A stretch of 64,000 bases of DNA from the NCBI GenBank assembly GCA_964270895.1, contig OZ185437.1. The stretch is one strand, 5' to 3'. The notes beneath the pieces were generated by a model. It did no database searches, was not told where the DNA came from, and was given only the letters and a program-made list of their open reading frames with translations. The stretch's first letter is position 1; each line of letters opens with the position of its first letter. This DNA is from Podarcis filfolensis (lineage: Eukaryota). The translations under genes and the position numbers were made by a program. Below are positions 14,496 through 27,301 of the stretch, one piece after another.

Positions 14496-17400
14496 TTAAT
14501 CTTTAACTCCTTTTCTGAAAATTGCTAACATTCAATGGGCCCTTTGTACTGCTGCAATCTGTTGAGTTGATCTCTTCAGTGAATTTTCCACAGGGAGTCC
14601 AAATCCCTGTTACACACAGTATAGACTTCATCGATATATGTGTTATATATAATTTTGTCCCAGTGTGCATCGTTTTTGCCCTGCACATTAAGACTCAGCC
14701 TGCTTCAGATTACACCAACCTGAACCTATTGGTTGCCATTTGTAAATGTAGCTGTATCACTGTTAACTACTTGAATATTTATGAGTGCAGTAGATGACAA
14801 TGCAGAGTGTAGATCTTTCCTCCTTTCTCCCTATTGTGTAAACAGTTTGGACTGGTTTTATTTACTGCTAGTAGTTTTATACACGTTGTACTTTTCATTT
14901 TGCCTTCTCTAGAATGTCTAATGAGAAAATTAAGCAGACACACATCATTGCATATCACATCTCAAATATTCTTTGGGCTTTTTTACAAAAAAATTTTACA
15001 AAAAAATTGTGATAAAACCACAATTAGGCAATACAGTTAATGATACCAGTTACATCTCAGTGCTCAAACTGTATTTCTGAGGATAGTCTTGTGACTTTTT
15101 TATGGTTTGAGAATCACTAATTGTTTGTAGGAATGCAGGTTCAACTTAAAATTGAGAACCTGTTTTGCAGATGACAAGCTCAGAGCAAGCACTTCCTCCT
15201 CCTCCTGAAAGGTAGCCAAGAAAAATTGTCAGGGCTGCTGGCCTTCTGCGGTTTATGATTCTAAGGACCCGTATCATATGGTAACCATTTTCAGTGACTG
15301 ACTGGAAGCTGACATATTAATGTTAATGGAATCTTCTTTGCGTTAGATGGATGTGATGTGAGCATCAACTGTTTGTAGACAATTCCATCACAGAGTTTGT
15401 CTTTCCAAGAACTCAAAAACTAGGGCTGTTGGTTTTTTTCCAACTTGATAGTAACAGATTCTCAACCTATTATAGATGTCTCATTTTTAGACTTTTATTG
15501 ATTGAACCAAAAAAATTTCCCAAGATTCTACCCCTCCCCCAGTTTTGGCCAGTAAAATCTAATGATATCCATTGTCTCAATCCCTTCCTCTACAAATTTC
15601 CATTTTGGATTTCATTTCTTAGGATCAAGATGGTGCAGTCTGATGGAATTCTGGAGCCTGATTTTATTACTCAATATATATTTATTCTGTAAATGCAACT
15701 TTTTTAACAGATGGAGCTTTTCTTGCTGTAGAATCAGCTCAAACTTTCTGCAATTATTTTCTGTCTTAAAAAAATAAAATAAGGGTTTTCCTCCCTCACA
15801 CAATATTTTGTATGCAATGAATACATAATGAAAATGCATTTTCATTTTGTCAATTCTTCTTGTCTCTGTGAGAAGTTATAATTGCATCCATAGAAGTTCA
15901 ACAAAAGACCATTTAATTGTTTAAGGAAACCGATTTGCATCACAAATGTTCTCTCCCCCTGTGGATTACATATCTGAGTAGGGCTGTGTGTTTCATTTTT
16001 CTAATGGTGAGTACATTAGCCCATGTCCTTCAGTGAAAACGTAGATTGCCAACAAATGTAGGACTTAGTTTTTCATTTGAGATTATTCAAGCAGAGGATT
16101 TATCTCTTAAGAAGCTTGTGAATAGAATGATTGGTTGCCCAGTGGCCATTGCTGATTTTAGTGGAAATTCAGATGAAGGCTTAAATATGTCTCAAGTCTT
16201 TTAATAAAATTAATAGCGAGGGCCACTCTAAATGTCATTGTTGAACTAACATAGCAAGCAAACAGAAAACGATTAAGCTGGATTTTTAAATGTCATTTCT
16301 CACAACTATTTTCAAAACCTTAATCCATTGTGTTACATTCTGGGCTTTTCTCGTTGTAACTGAAAATATAGCTCAACCTCTTTGAATGCAAAGTTTAAAA
16401 TGTAGGAGTAATGGTGTTAATGCAGCAGATGGAAGTAAATGGGAGATTGCTTTCTGGCTTTTTGTTGCTAGGTTGAGACATCTGTTGGCATGATAATGCA
16501 AATCTGACCTGTCAAAATTTTGGAAATCCTACTATTCTATTTTTATAGAAATGGGACAGTAATTTTGGGGAGTGATCAGTGCAAAGAAGCACTGAGTTGT
16601 CTCCAATGTTGCACAAATGAAATTCTGCTTGTGCAAGGGGGCTTCCCTTCCTCGCCTTGCACTCACAAACTCTGCTCTAGAGACCCCCCCAACCCCCTGA
16701 AGCAGATTCTGTGGGTGCAGGAGGGGGGCTGCAGCAGAGGGGGGAGGGGTTCCATTGCACAAGTGGAAGTGGCAACATTGGAAGCAAGCTGCTGCATGGA
16801 AAAGAACAGTAATGCAATGCCATTTCTTTCAAAACGGACATAAGCCCTATTAGAGCATTCCCCATGAAGTCTTGGAGGAGAAGAATGAGGCTTGTTGGCC
16901 TTACCCCCAGTGTCATGCCCCTGGCTAGTGCTGCTGTTCCACTGCCCATGCATTGGGGGAAGGTCTGAAGATAAAGAGTTTATGAATAGGCTCTGTTTAG
17001 AACACTGATTGTGTGTGCATCTAAATCACAAGGAGAGTCTAGACTTCCTTAAAACTCTAGTTTAATAGAGCCCCGCTCCCCACCATCCCAGCCTTGGGTG
17101 TTGATGAATTATAGAATGATTGTGCCAATATGGCATCATCAGCTCATTTGGCTGGTTATGTGCCAGAGTCTTGTGACTTGCTTGCTGGGATACCATGCCA
17201 AGTGTGCAACTGTTCTGCTTTTACAAGATAAGTAAGGATAGCTAAGCCATGTGGGATAGTGCCTGGAAACCTCTGCTCAGCTGGAAGAGCTGGGGGTGGA
17301 TGGGAATTACTCATAAGAAGCAAGGCCAGATCTCCCCATCAGGTGGAAATGAGCTGGTAAGGGCTGACCCAAAGCGTTTATTGTGTGTCTGATGTTAAGG

Positions 17401-17511
17401 ACAAGATGGCACCGACTCCCATTCCATGTCAACCAGACGGGCAGTAGAATCTTCAATGCCGAGAGTGGCGGACTAGTTTAAGGTGTTTAGGGCAGGAGAT
17501 GCAGCACACAC

Positions 17512-17991
17512 CTATACGGCCTAGGACCCTCGTACCTACGGGACCGCCTCTCCTGGTATGCCCCACAGAGAAACCTACGGTCTGCAAATAAAAACATCCT
17601 GAAGGTCCCAGGCCTCAGAGAGGTTAGGCTGGCCTCAACTAGAGCCAGGGCCTTCTCGGCTGCAGCTCCAATCTGGTGGAACGCTCTGTCACAAGAGACT
17701 AGGGCCCTGCGGGACCTGACATCTTTCCGCAGGGCCTGCAAAACAGAGTTGTTCCACCAGGCCTTTGGTCAGGGCGCAGCCTGACTCCCTCCTCTGGCAA
17801 CCTGCACAGAATTTTGCTTAATGGTTGCCATCAACTTGATTTTAATTAATAATTAATTTTTATAATGAAATATTTTTAAAATGTTGGATTATTTTGATTG
17901 TCTGACTATTTGATTGTTGTTAGCCGCCCTGAGCCCGGCTTCGGCTGGGGAGGGCGGGATATAAATAAAATTTATTATTATTATTATTATT

Positions 17992-18030
<39 letters not shown>
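17512..18030 (+). mobile_element. L2-clade LINE 3' end (5'-truncated) with ORF2 C-terminus and simple-repeat tail
   Basis: Uninterrupted frame 17512-17784: LYGLGPSYLRDRLSWYAPQRNLRS...STRARAFSAAAPIWWNALSQETRALRDLTSFRRACKTELFHQAFGQGAA*. 3' end ttgttagccgccctgagcc...gggcgggatataaataaa, then (TTA)7(TTG)12. Confidence 0.85.
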
Positions 18031-18031
<1 letters not shown>

Positions 18032-20028
18032 CTGTGGCACCTAGCTACCATTCCACACGCACCCCAGCAGCCACACTGCCTGAGGCAGCTGCTTCACACT
18101 TCCTGATGGAATGGCCGCCCCCGTCTCCACAGGTGCAGCAGAATGAAGTAGGCGCTCAGGATGAAGTAGGCACTCAAGGCAATAGAATTTAATTTTGTGT
18201 GTTACCCCCATCCTTCCTCTTAAAGGGGCCCATGGTGGTGTAGATATATTCCAGCATCAATAACAGAACAAAGCATTAAAAACCTTTGTATTTTAAAAAC
18301 CTGCTACCCTGAGCTTTGGGAGAAAGAGCGGGATAGAAATGAAATAATTTTTAAATTTTATTTAATGGCTGCTAAAGCTGGTGTTCTCCAGTAACTGTAC
18401 AGATTTTGGCACCAGACCCTCCTGAGTCAAGCTACCTCTTAAGAGAGGGGGAAGGCATTACAGGAGGGGAGAGGCTTGTAGACAAATGATAGCTTTCTCA
18501 GAAAGCCTAAAGTACTGTGATAGAAGCATCATCACTTGTGCTGTTGCACATTCCTTTCTAGATGTATATAAGGGGAGGGTTTTTTTGTTTCTCTTTTAAT
18601 TTTGTCATTACGTTCTTTGCGGTTGATTGATTTCATTATTTATTCAGAACTAGTTCATTCATTTTAATAATTCCCTTTCTTTTTCATATCCCATTGCCTT
18701 CAGAGGGAGACAGACTAGTGTTCTGCTGCCTGTAGCTTGCGTTTTCCATACAAATGGGCATGGCATTCTCAGGCACAGCATTATACCTGTCAAATTCCAA
18801 ACAGTTTGGGGAGAGAGTAGCTATTTTATAGGCAATTTTTGAGAGACACAGACACAGCCTAAACAACTTGGCTCTTCCTAACTCGCTGTAACTTTTCTGT
18901 GCAGGCTTGTTCTGGACTAGTTTTTATCTGAATAGAAATGAATAAGGAAATAATTCAGTGAGCAAGGAGTGGTCCCCCTGTTTCCATTCCTATTCATTTT
19001 TATAGCTAAAATGAATGCAGTGTATGGGGCTCATTCATTTATGTTTTTTAAAATAAACACAACAAGTACTTCTTTCCTAAGTTCCTCAGTAAAATCTTGT
19101 TAAATAGGTTTTGTGTGACTGTAGTTGAGGACCAAAAGTATACCAATGGCAATGAAGCTTCCATGAGCCCAAAAGCAAATCATAAAATACACACACACAA
19201 AATTGAAAGCCACCAGACTAAAGGGTGTGAAGGTGGAGTCACTCCCAGCTGCACATGCAAAGCCTCGTTCTGAAATCTGGCTTTTCAGATAACTTTTTTT
19301 CTAACAGATGTTCACATTCTTCCACCAGTGCATTCCATGAGGAAAAGCTTGTGTAATCCTAACAAATGTTCCTCTATGTTCTGGACAACAAATTCATTAT
19401 TCAAGCAAGAACCCTCCGGCCATTTGGGATGAGGAAAGATGTTGGGGTAGGAATAAGTACACTTGTTTGGTTAAACAGGGCTGGAAACATCCTAAGAGAT
19501 GAGAACCCTGTTGTTGGTGCTTAAGTATTTGGAATATTCACTCCATTCATTTATATATTTAATTAGTTAAATAATTCATTTACCACATCATTCAGAGCAG
19601 GGAGCGTAAATCCTGAAATACATGAAATAATGTTAAAAGCAATGTAAATCAAGTGGTTTAGACCACAGCACCACTTGTGTCCCCTTTCACAAAGCCCAGT
19701 GAAAGAAATAGAGTGACTGGGGCACTGCCCAGCCATGTGTGGTTTAAAGGGGGAAAATTACAAATTTCCCCCCAAATAGCCTGCTGTCCAAAACCACACT
19801 ATTTTCTGTTACCTGCACACTCCCTAGCGTTCCATTTGAACTGTTGTAGCTATTTCTGACAATCAGCCATTCTCTGGTCAAGCAGTTTGTTCCACTGCTC
19901 AACCAATCCAAGCCAAAACTATTGCTTTAGGCAGGAAATTCCTCCCATTCAAATTCAGGCAGAAACACACACACACACAGCAACTGATAGGGCACCTGGT
20001 CCATATCTTCATTTGCATCCTTATAGGC

Positions 20029-20164
20029 CAATGATGGCCAAACTTGGCCCTCCAGCTGTTTTGGAACTACAGTTCCCATCATCCCTGACCACTGGTCCTG
20101 TTAGCTAGGGATGATGGGAGTTGTAGTCCCAAAACAGCTGGAGGGCCAAGTTTGACCATCACTG
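20029..20164. mobile_element. 136-bp palindromic hAT MITE
   Basis: Long internal inverted repeat; ends caatgatggccaaacttggccc / gggccaagtttgaccatcactg; perfect 8-bp TSD ttataggc (20021-20028, 20165-20172). Confidence 0.88.
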
Positions 20165-21124
20165 TTATAGGCAATCCAGCTAATCAGGTCACAGGTGTTA
20201 GCAGGCAGCTGAGAAAAATACTCCCCAAATTGCTTGCCTTTTTACTCCCAAGCCCTGAAAACTGGCAGCCAATTAGAATCAGTCTTCTGATCTGAGCATG
20301 CTCAGACCTTTTCCTTTGCAAAGCAGCCTGCTGAATTGTGGGTAAAGCCCCATTTTGCTGAGAGCCAAGCCACCAGGTGAGCAAAGCAGCTTTCCCCCTT
20401 CTGTTATTAATGGCTTGACCAGTGGAAGGATTATTGGTGCTTCTGTGAAGGAGCAAGACCGCAGGGCACTGGTGCACCAAATGTGAGTCTGTATTTTATT
20501 TTTAAAGTTATATTACTATTGTATTTGGGGAATGGAGCGCTTATGTCTCCTTGTTGAGATAGCTGTGGGGTAGATTACTCTCAGAGCTTGTACATAAAAT
20601 TGTGTGGTACACTTTCAAAGGGTAACAAACCCATCACTCACAGCAGAAATGAAAAACAGGAAATGTATTGTTACAGGATTTAGGGGTTGGTTTGAATGAT
20701 GCTTTGGATGTCCCCTAAGTCTGTGGTTTTGTAAAGGGGAAGTACGTTTTCTTTCCTTTTGCTAAAATTGTGCTGGTGGCGTACTCCGCAAGGCTGTTGT
20801 GAGGAGAAAACACTACAAAACACTTGAACAAATTTAAAACATTATTACAAATGTAGAAAACTGCAGGGGATGGTTCAGATGCGATGAGAACACAGTGTGT
20901 AGATGCAATATGAAATTACATTGTGTCTGCACAAGCCACTAAGGGAAGCCTATCCCAGCATTTTTTCACACAATGGATTTGCTGAGGACCTGCACTTGAA
21001 ATCTATTGCTCATAGGCAATATCATCCTCGTTGGTGTTTTCTTTAGGTTTGTTTTTGTATTATTCCAAACCTATCCTCCCCCACTCCTTTCAGAATCGGG
21101 GGGAGGGCAGACAGGTGAGAGATC

Positions 21125-21340
21125 ATCTTTTACATTTAAATCACTACATCCTTCGAAAGAGCTCAAAGTAGCACACAAGGTATCCCTATTCCCCATGTAA
21201 TACAACATCCTTTTGAGGTTGGTCAGGCTGAGAGGCCATGTCTGGCTCAAGGTTTTACAATAAGCTTCATGGCCCAGTAGTGATTTTGAACCTCTTCTCT
21301 TAAATCCTAGTCCGATTAAGAACCTACCACTTTATTCCAT
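21125..21340 (-). mobile_element. Ancient MIR/CORE-like SINE
   Basis: caacatccttttgaggttggtcaggctgagagg...ggctcaaggt...agcttcatggc...gattttgaacct; a more decayed copy lies near 24440-24630. Confidence 0.45.
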
Positions 21341-23262
21341 ATTCTGGAAAGTAGACCTAGAAGTCACAAAGCTGGAGGAAGGGATCATCTTTTCCCATTG
21401 TGCTGGAAGTTTATGGAGGCCCTTGTTAACAGTTCAGTGTGGCGCCGGTTAACTCTCCCTTGGCCCTGTCTTCAACCTCTGAGGCCTTGCCTAGTTGCTC
21501 TTCCAGGTCCAGGCTCCAGCAGCTGCCACTGGAAAAATGCCCTCTCTGTTGCACATACCTGTGTACTTTTCTTGTAGGTGGGACACCAAGAAGGACTTCC
21601 TCTGATGGTCTTAATAACTAAAAATTTGATACCTGGCTACCAGGAAGCCTAAGACTGAAATCCTAGGCATAACTTACCTTGGAGTAAGCCCCAGTGAATA
21701 CAATAAAATAAACATGCCTAGACATGGGCCCTGTCCACACTTCCACTTGTGCTGTGCCTAAAAAGCACGGATCTGAGCAGGGTTTTTTTGCTTCCTTTGC
21801 ATTTTCTAGGCATGGGTCTGAGCGGTTTCCCCCTTGCCCTGCTCACATTAGCAGGGCTGGGGGGGTGGTCTTGTCCTCTAGGCAGCCCAGGACCTCCATA
21901 TACACTGCACAGGCTTGTGCCCCAGGCAAGCCACTTATTGCTGCTAACGCAGCTGTGTGACTTCACCCCTCGGGGGCACACTCCATTGTCTCAGAACAGA
22001 TGGATGCCAACAACTCTCTATAGCAGGAATGTCACATCTTCTGTTATACACTCTGTTTGTGTGTGGGACACATTCGATAAATAATTTGCCTAGGAAAGCT
22101 GTATTCTAATAACACTAAACTGCAGGCACAATTCGGTGATCATTTTTGGGTGGATTTGTAGAGAAGATAATGTGCAAATGGAAGGATTTGCCATAGTGTC
22201 CGGAAATGACTTTTTGCTTTTGCTGTTGCCATACTTGATAAAATAGCATCATGTCAGGCATATAAATCTTGTCCCAATTAAGTAAAGATTCAGAGGAACT
22301 CTTGTGCTCATAGGTGTTACTGAACGGAATTAACATCTAGTTTTGTATTGCTTAAATTCAGTATTCATACCACATAAGGGTACCTTAACTTTTGTTTTAT
22401 TCTTACAAGGGATCATGGTATTTGTTGCAGAAATGTATCCATTTTCATGTTCATCAAAGCTGTGGCACATCACATTTTAGGTTACCAAAACTTGAATTTA
22501 CTATGTGTGGCCCCAATGTTCTTCTGGCGGCCACAGGCATATTATTTCGATGTTGGCTGTGTCAGGGAAATCTTTTTTCCACCACATGAATCTTCCTTAG
22601 TAGAACAGGAAATGGGTCCAGGATGTGTTGGTGCTTTGGAGCACAATGTTTGTCTCATGCTTTCAAAGGGTAAAGTGGTGACTCAAATATACTGATTGTA
22701 AAGTACAATCAGAGATGATAATCCACTTGATTAATTCAATATCAAATATGTGATCTAAATACTAAGGGCCATAATCAGGGAGTTTATTCATTCCTATACT
22801 GGGTTGTTGTTGTGTGTGTGTGTCTTGCTGCCTGCATTTTTATCTTTGTTTATAAATAAAATTCTATGTTGTAGAAAATGTGATATTTGGCATATGGTGC
22901 AATATCACAGCAATTAAATTTGGTTAAGGAATGCAAGCACACCAAACTGTTATTCTTGGAATGAACTGCAAAGAACTGACGTGGATAATTTCTGTGCAAC
23001 ATGTAGGTTTATGAGTGACTAATGACAGTGCAGTGGTGGCATGATAAGCGATAGATGGTTTAACTGAATGGGCACCTAGCAGGGGGAAGTAGGTAAATTT
23101 ATGAAGAGGTGCTGTAAATCAGAGATTTTCAGCCTGTTCATTCCCTTCCTGCACAAAGTTACATCTGTTGATACTCAAGGGAGGCCCTTCCATGCCTCAT
23201 GCAGGTACCCCAGCCTATTCCTGCACAGCACTCTTCCCCAACCTGGTGCACCTCAAGCTGTT

Positions 23263-23525
23263 CATAGAATTGTAGAGTTGGAAGGGATCGTGAGGACCAT
23301 CTAGTCCAGGCATAGACAAACATAGCCCCCCAGATGTTTTGGGACTACAACTCCCATCATCCCTAGATAGCAGGAACAGGGGTCAAGGATGATGGGAATT
23401 GTAGTCCCCAACCTTTTGTAGGGCCGAGTTTGCCTATGCCTGATCTAGTCTAACCCCCTGCAGTGCAGGAATATGCTGCTGTACCATACAGGGATTGAAC
23501 CTGCAACCAGCTGAGCTATCCAGGC
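23263..23525 (-). mobile_element. tRNA-head / CR1-tail SINE (POM/Squam2-like), split by the MITE
   Basis: On -: gcctggatagctcagctggttgcaggttcaatccc...attcctgcactgcagggggttagactagat [MITE] ggtcctcacgatcccttccaactctacaattctatg; CR1-type 3' end. The segment between the A and B boxes appears deleted. Confidence 0.7.
23307..23442. mobile_element. 136-bp palindromic hAT MITE nested in a SINE
   Basis: TIR caggcatagacaaac / gtttgcctatgcctg (15 bp, 1 mismatch); perfect 8-bp TSD atctagtc (23299-23306, 23443-23450); same core as the 20029 copy. Confidence 0.88.
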
Positions 23526-25221
23526 TGATGGTAAACTCCAACTCCCATCAGCCGCAACCAGCATGGCAAATGGTCGTGGAGGACGAGAGATCCAGGCTGG
23601 GGGAGGTTGCTCTAAAAGTACACACGAGGGGATGACTCCTACTCTTTGGAAGATAAGCCTATGCACGGAGGACTTAGAGAGGAGTGGGATAGTGTGTCCA
23701 GTTGTAGGAGCTATATAGAATCCCCATGGGGATCACTCTCATGTACGCAGAGCTACAGAATGAGGGGAAGGGCAACTATTATGCACCAAATCAGAGCCCT
23801 TAAGGGTGACATAATATCCTAGCTCATTAGCTTTTGTGTCCCACCAAAGGTTTCAGTGGGATACAGCTTGAACCCAGTAATCTGTGTCCTCAACTTGTTT
23901 TATAAGACAGATTGTTTTGAACATTAAATCAGGAAGCATTGAGTAGCACCCTCCTCTTCTCACACTCGTTTAATTAATATACCACCAGTCTTGCTGGGCT
24001 GGCCCATGGGCTTGTTCTCTTGGCTCTAATTAATGGCAGCTTTTACATAACATTGTGGGATACTTTATGTTCCCTTTAGAGCTTTTTTTAATTTAAAACC
24101 CTCTAATTTTAAATCCCTTCATTAGTGTTCCTCACAGCAGGAGCAGCAGCAGCATGGTTTGTATTCTGGTGACATCTTCTGGATGAAGTTGTTGCTAAAC
24201 AGAACTATCAACGCAGGCCTTCTTTGCTCTAGCAGTTTTTCGTCTTTCTCTGTCTAGTGAGTATATGCATAGTACAGAGAGGATTCTACCCAGCTGCATT
24301 TTTGTAGGGTTGCAGGATTAGTAAATCAGCAGATCGAGGGGCTAAAACATATTCACAAATTAAAGCTGAAAGGCCCAGCCTGTACAAACATGCTTGGTCC
24401 CTTGTGCCATTCACTCACGTCCAGGCTAACATTTAATATTACTTCTATGACTTAAGATTTATGGGATGCTTTACCCCATACAAAGTACCTTCACCTCCAC
24501 TAACCCATACAACAGCTTTGGAAGGTAGGCCAGTAGTATTGGCTGAGAAACGGTGCTTTGCTTGTGGCAATACAGCCAAGTTCAAATGTGTGGCAGTTGT
24601 TCAAACCATGGGACCTTGTAACTCCCATCTTTTAGGGCCAGACAAGACATGCTAGAGATGTCTTTGCAGTTAATGCATGCATTTTTAAAAATGCAAACAG
24701 CTAGTGCTAGAAAGCTGCTCTTGCTCTTCTTCCTTTTCACAGGCCAGACATGTGGGTCTGCCTGTCCGGTTCCCCAAGCTGAATGTCTGTGTGAGTGTTT
24801 AACATGTGCATGTAGCCATGTGTGTACACATGATCATGGTATGTGGCCTGTTTTCAGTGTGACCCTCGGTCCAAAAAAGGTTAGTCACCCCTGGGCTAAC
24901 ATGTCATCTGCTGAAGTGGACTGTAGTGTGTGGAAACTTGTGCCCTAAGAAATCTAGCCTTTCAAGGTGTAACCTCATTGGTGTGTTTTATTTCGTTCTG
25001 ATTCTTTGTTTGGAGAAGCTCACTATAATTGTATGGTGTGTGTCTTGGAGGGGATTGCAGTCATTTTTCATATAGAGTTGGGAAGCAAATCTGTAACCCC
25101 CCCAGTCTGAGATACAATGTGGTACAAATCCTGACACAAATGAATGTGCCATCTACAGCATCTTTTAAGTGGCCATGTTTGGACATCCCCCTAACAAGAA
25201 CAAGCTGCAGTAAGTCTTGAC

Positions 25222-26521
25222 TGGGGCTGGGCGATATCTGGTTTTCAATATCACAATATATCACCAGCTGAACATAGCAATATTTTGATATATTACGATG
25301 TTTGAAATAAGACTGGAACTATGTAGAGGTGAATGTGGCAATGCCCTGGCAATTGCTACTACTTACGGGTCTAACTCTAAAACTGATAAATTTTTATTTA
25401 CCTTTAACATATTGTGAAACTGTTGTGTTATAGTACTACTGTACTGATAATGTTTAAATTAGCACATTTTCTCTAAAATTAAAGCTGTAGAAGTAATTCA
25501 GTAATTATCAAAGATAAGGTGGGAGAATGTTTCCTAAAAATTTAATGCCAATTCACATTCACTGTCACTTTTATTCAAATATATTTCACTATTGAGTCTT
25601 AGTTGAATGTGTGCATCCTACAACACCAGTTATTAGATTGTTAGTTAATTTTCTTTTCTAAACCAAGCCAAAATAGAAAGAATGAAATGGATAAATTTTA
25701 ACAGAACAAAAAAATTCTAAACAAAATGGTGTATTTTTAGTGCCAGGGGAATTTTGTGTGTGTGTGTACACACACCCACACACCCACACCCCAGGCCTAA
25801 CCAGAAAGAATGGATAGGAATTCACAGAATAAAAAATGCTTAAACAAAAATACATATTTTTGCAAGGAAAATTTGATGCATTTAATTATATGAAAATTTA
25901 CTCAATGATAGCGTGCTTCAACTGTAACATTACATATTTCTGGAGAATATATTAACGTTAATTTAGTAATCTGTTAATAATAACAAATGTGTGAGAAAGC
26001 AAAAGGGCAAGGGGAGAATTAAGAAGAGTTCTAGGGTAGGGAGAGAGTCTGGAGGAGCATAAGGAGGGAGACACAGAGACAATTGCATACAAGTGCATGG
26101 AGGGAAGTTCCCGCTTGCAGGCTGCTGAGCTCTGCCTGCTCAAGAGATGGAGCGCTCAGGCGAACTTAGGCTGCATGCATGCACACACATGGTATCTCCA
26201 AGGACCATTTTTGCCTGCTGCTGAGGAGGCAGAGGAGACGGAGTGCTAAGGCAGGGAGTTACCCTGCAGTGCACTTTTTGCGTCAGCCTGCTGCTGCTGC
26301 AGGAGGCATGGAAGAGCAGCTGAGGCAGAGTTAGCAATAGCATTGGCAGCACAGGACAGGAAGCAGCACCGGCTTCCCAATTTTTGCAATATCATGCTTT
26401 TTTACTATTGCACACAAACACACACAAGGTTCATGATATATTGCCAGGTAATTAAAAAAAAAACAGTTATCACAATTTGCTCTTAATAATGATATAAGAC
26501 AGTATATATTGCCTGGCCCTG
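25222..26521. mobile_element. Old ~1.3-kb non-autonomous hAT-like element
   Basis: Ends tggggctgggcgatatct / atatattgcctggccctg are the same TIR type as the 40-42 kb copies; TSD not recoverable. Confidence 0.4.
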
Positions 26522-26641
26522 TGGTCAATAGTAAACTACAGCTTGCATAACCTGGCCACCATTTATAACATATTGTTTGCAGTTGGCTTGTTTCAAACAC
26601 TACACTAGCACATGATGCAGAGCTGTGAGATATGCGTATCT

Positions 26642-26739
26642 TGTATCTGAAGAAGTGTGCATGCACACAAAAGTTCATACCAGTAACTAACTTAGTTGGT
26701 CTCTAAGGTGGTACTGGAAGGAATTTTTTAATTTTGTTT
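26642..26739 (+). mobile_element. Decayed Penelope-like terminal fragment, same family as the 60-kb insertion
   Basis: tgtatctgaagaagtgtgcatgcacacaaaagttcataccagtaactaacttagttggtctctaaggtggtactggaagg aligns to 60098-60174 with a few substitutions, including core GAAA>AAAA (26669) and GCTC>GTTC (26674). Confidence 0.8.
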
Positions 26740-27216
26740 GCACATGAAGGAAACTCTAGGTGGTCTCATAAAATCATTTCTGTCCCTCACAAGTTAACTG
26801 TTTGAAATTCATGATTTCTAACATGGGTACAAAGCATAGTCTTTGCCTGCAGTTATTTGATGGGACATAGGCAGCATAATTATATTTGATCCAGAAATCT
26901 ATTGTGATCATTCAGAAAGACACAGCTTCCTTCTATAAGGATTCCCCATTCACATATAGAGGGAATGGCTCTATGCAGATAGGAGAACCTAGATCAAGCA
27001 CAATTCTATTTAACTGGCATTCTTCGTATCCCTCCCCCTACATAGCATAAGACTAGTGAGGTTCATATGGGAGGAAAGTCCATATTCAGCAGTGTTCACC
27101 CTCCAGCAATAGTACACAGGAATGCAGAATGTACAGATGACACATTTCCCAAAGCTGGTATATTTAAGCACAATGTAAACTGAAAACAAACAAAAAGTCT
27201 AGATTTTGTAACAAAA

Positions 27217-27301
27217 TTTATTTTTGCTCTGTAGATACAAATCCAAACATCAAACAAATTGAGTGGAAAAATACTAGTAATTAACAATGAAAACTTTTAT
27301 T
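27217..27301 (-). promoter_or_regulatory. Candidate tandem CEP85L poly(A) signals (AATAAA on - strand at 27296-27301 and 27217-27222)
   Basis: Two tttatt hexamers on +, each followed on the - strand by U/UG-rich tracts (tttgtttgatgtttgg; ctttttgtttgttttc), at the end of an AT-rich, TE-poor 6-kb block after the CEP85L stop. Confidence 0.33.

Larger units (their letters stand above)
23229..23609. mobile_element. Older hAT MITE hosting the SINE/MITE stack
   Basis: Left piece cactcttccccaacctggtg...gctgtt (23229-23262); right piece ...ccaactcccatcagccgcaaccagcatggcaaatggtc...ccaggctgggggaggttg (23526-23609). Ends are complementary at 14 of 18 positions. Confidence 0.5.

Noticed and set aside
16640-16960. 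GC-rich, G-tract-containing blocks (also about 33560-33780 and 58040-58260)
   Set aside because: They look like decayed copies of a palindromic non-autonomous repeat. Ends and TSDs could not be defined, and the G runs do not make a convincing four-tract quadruplex.
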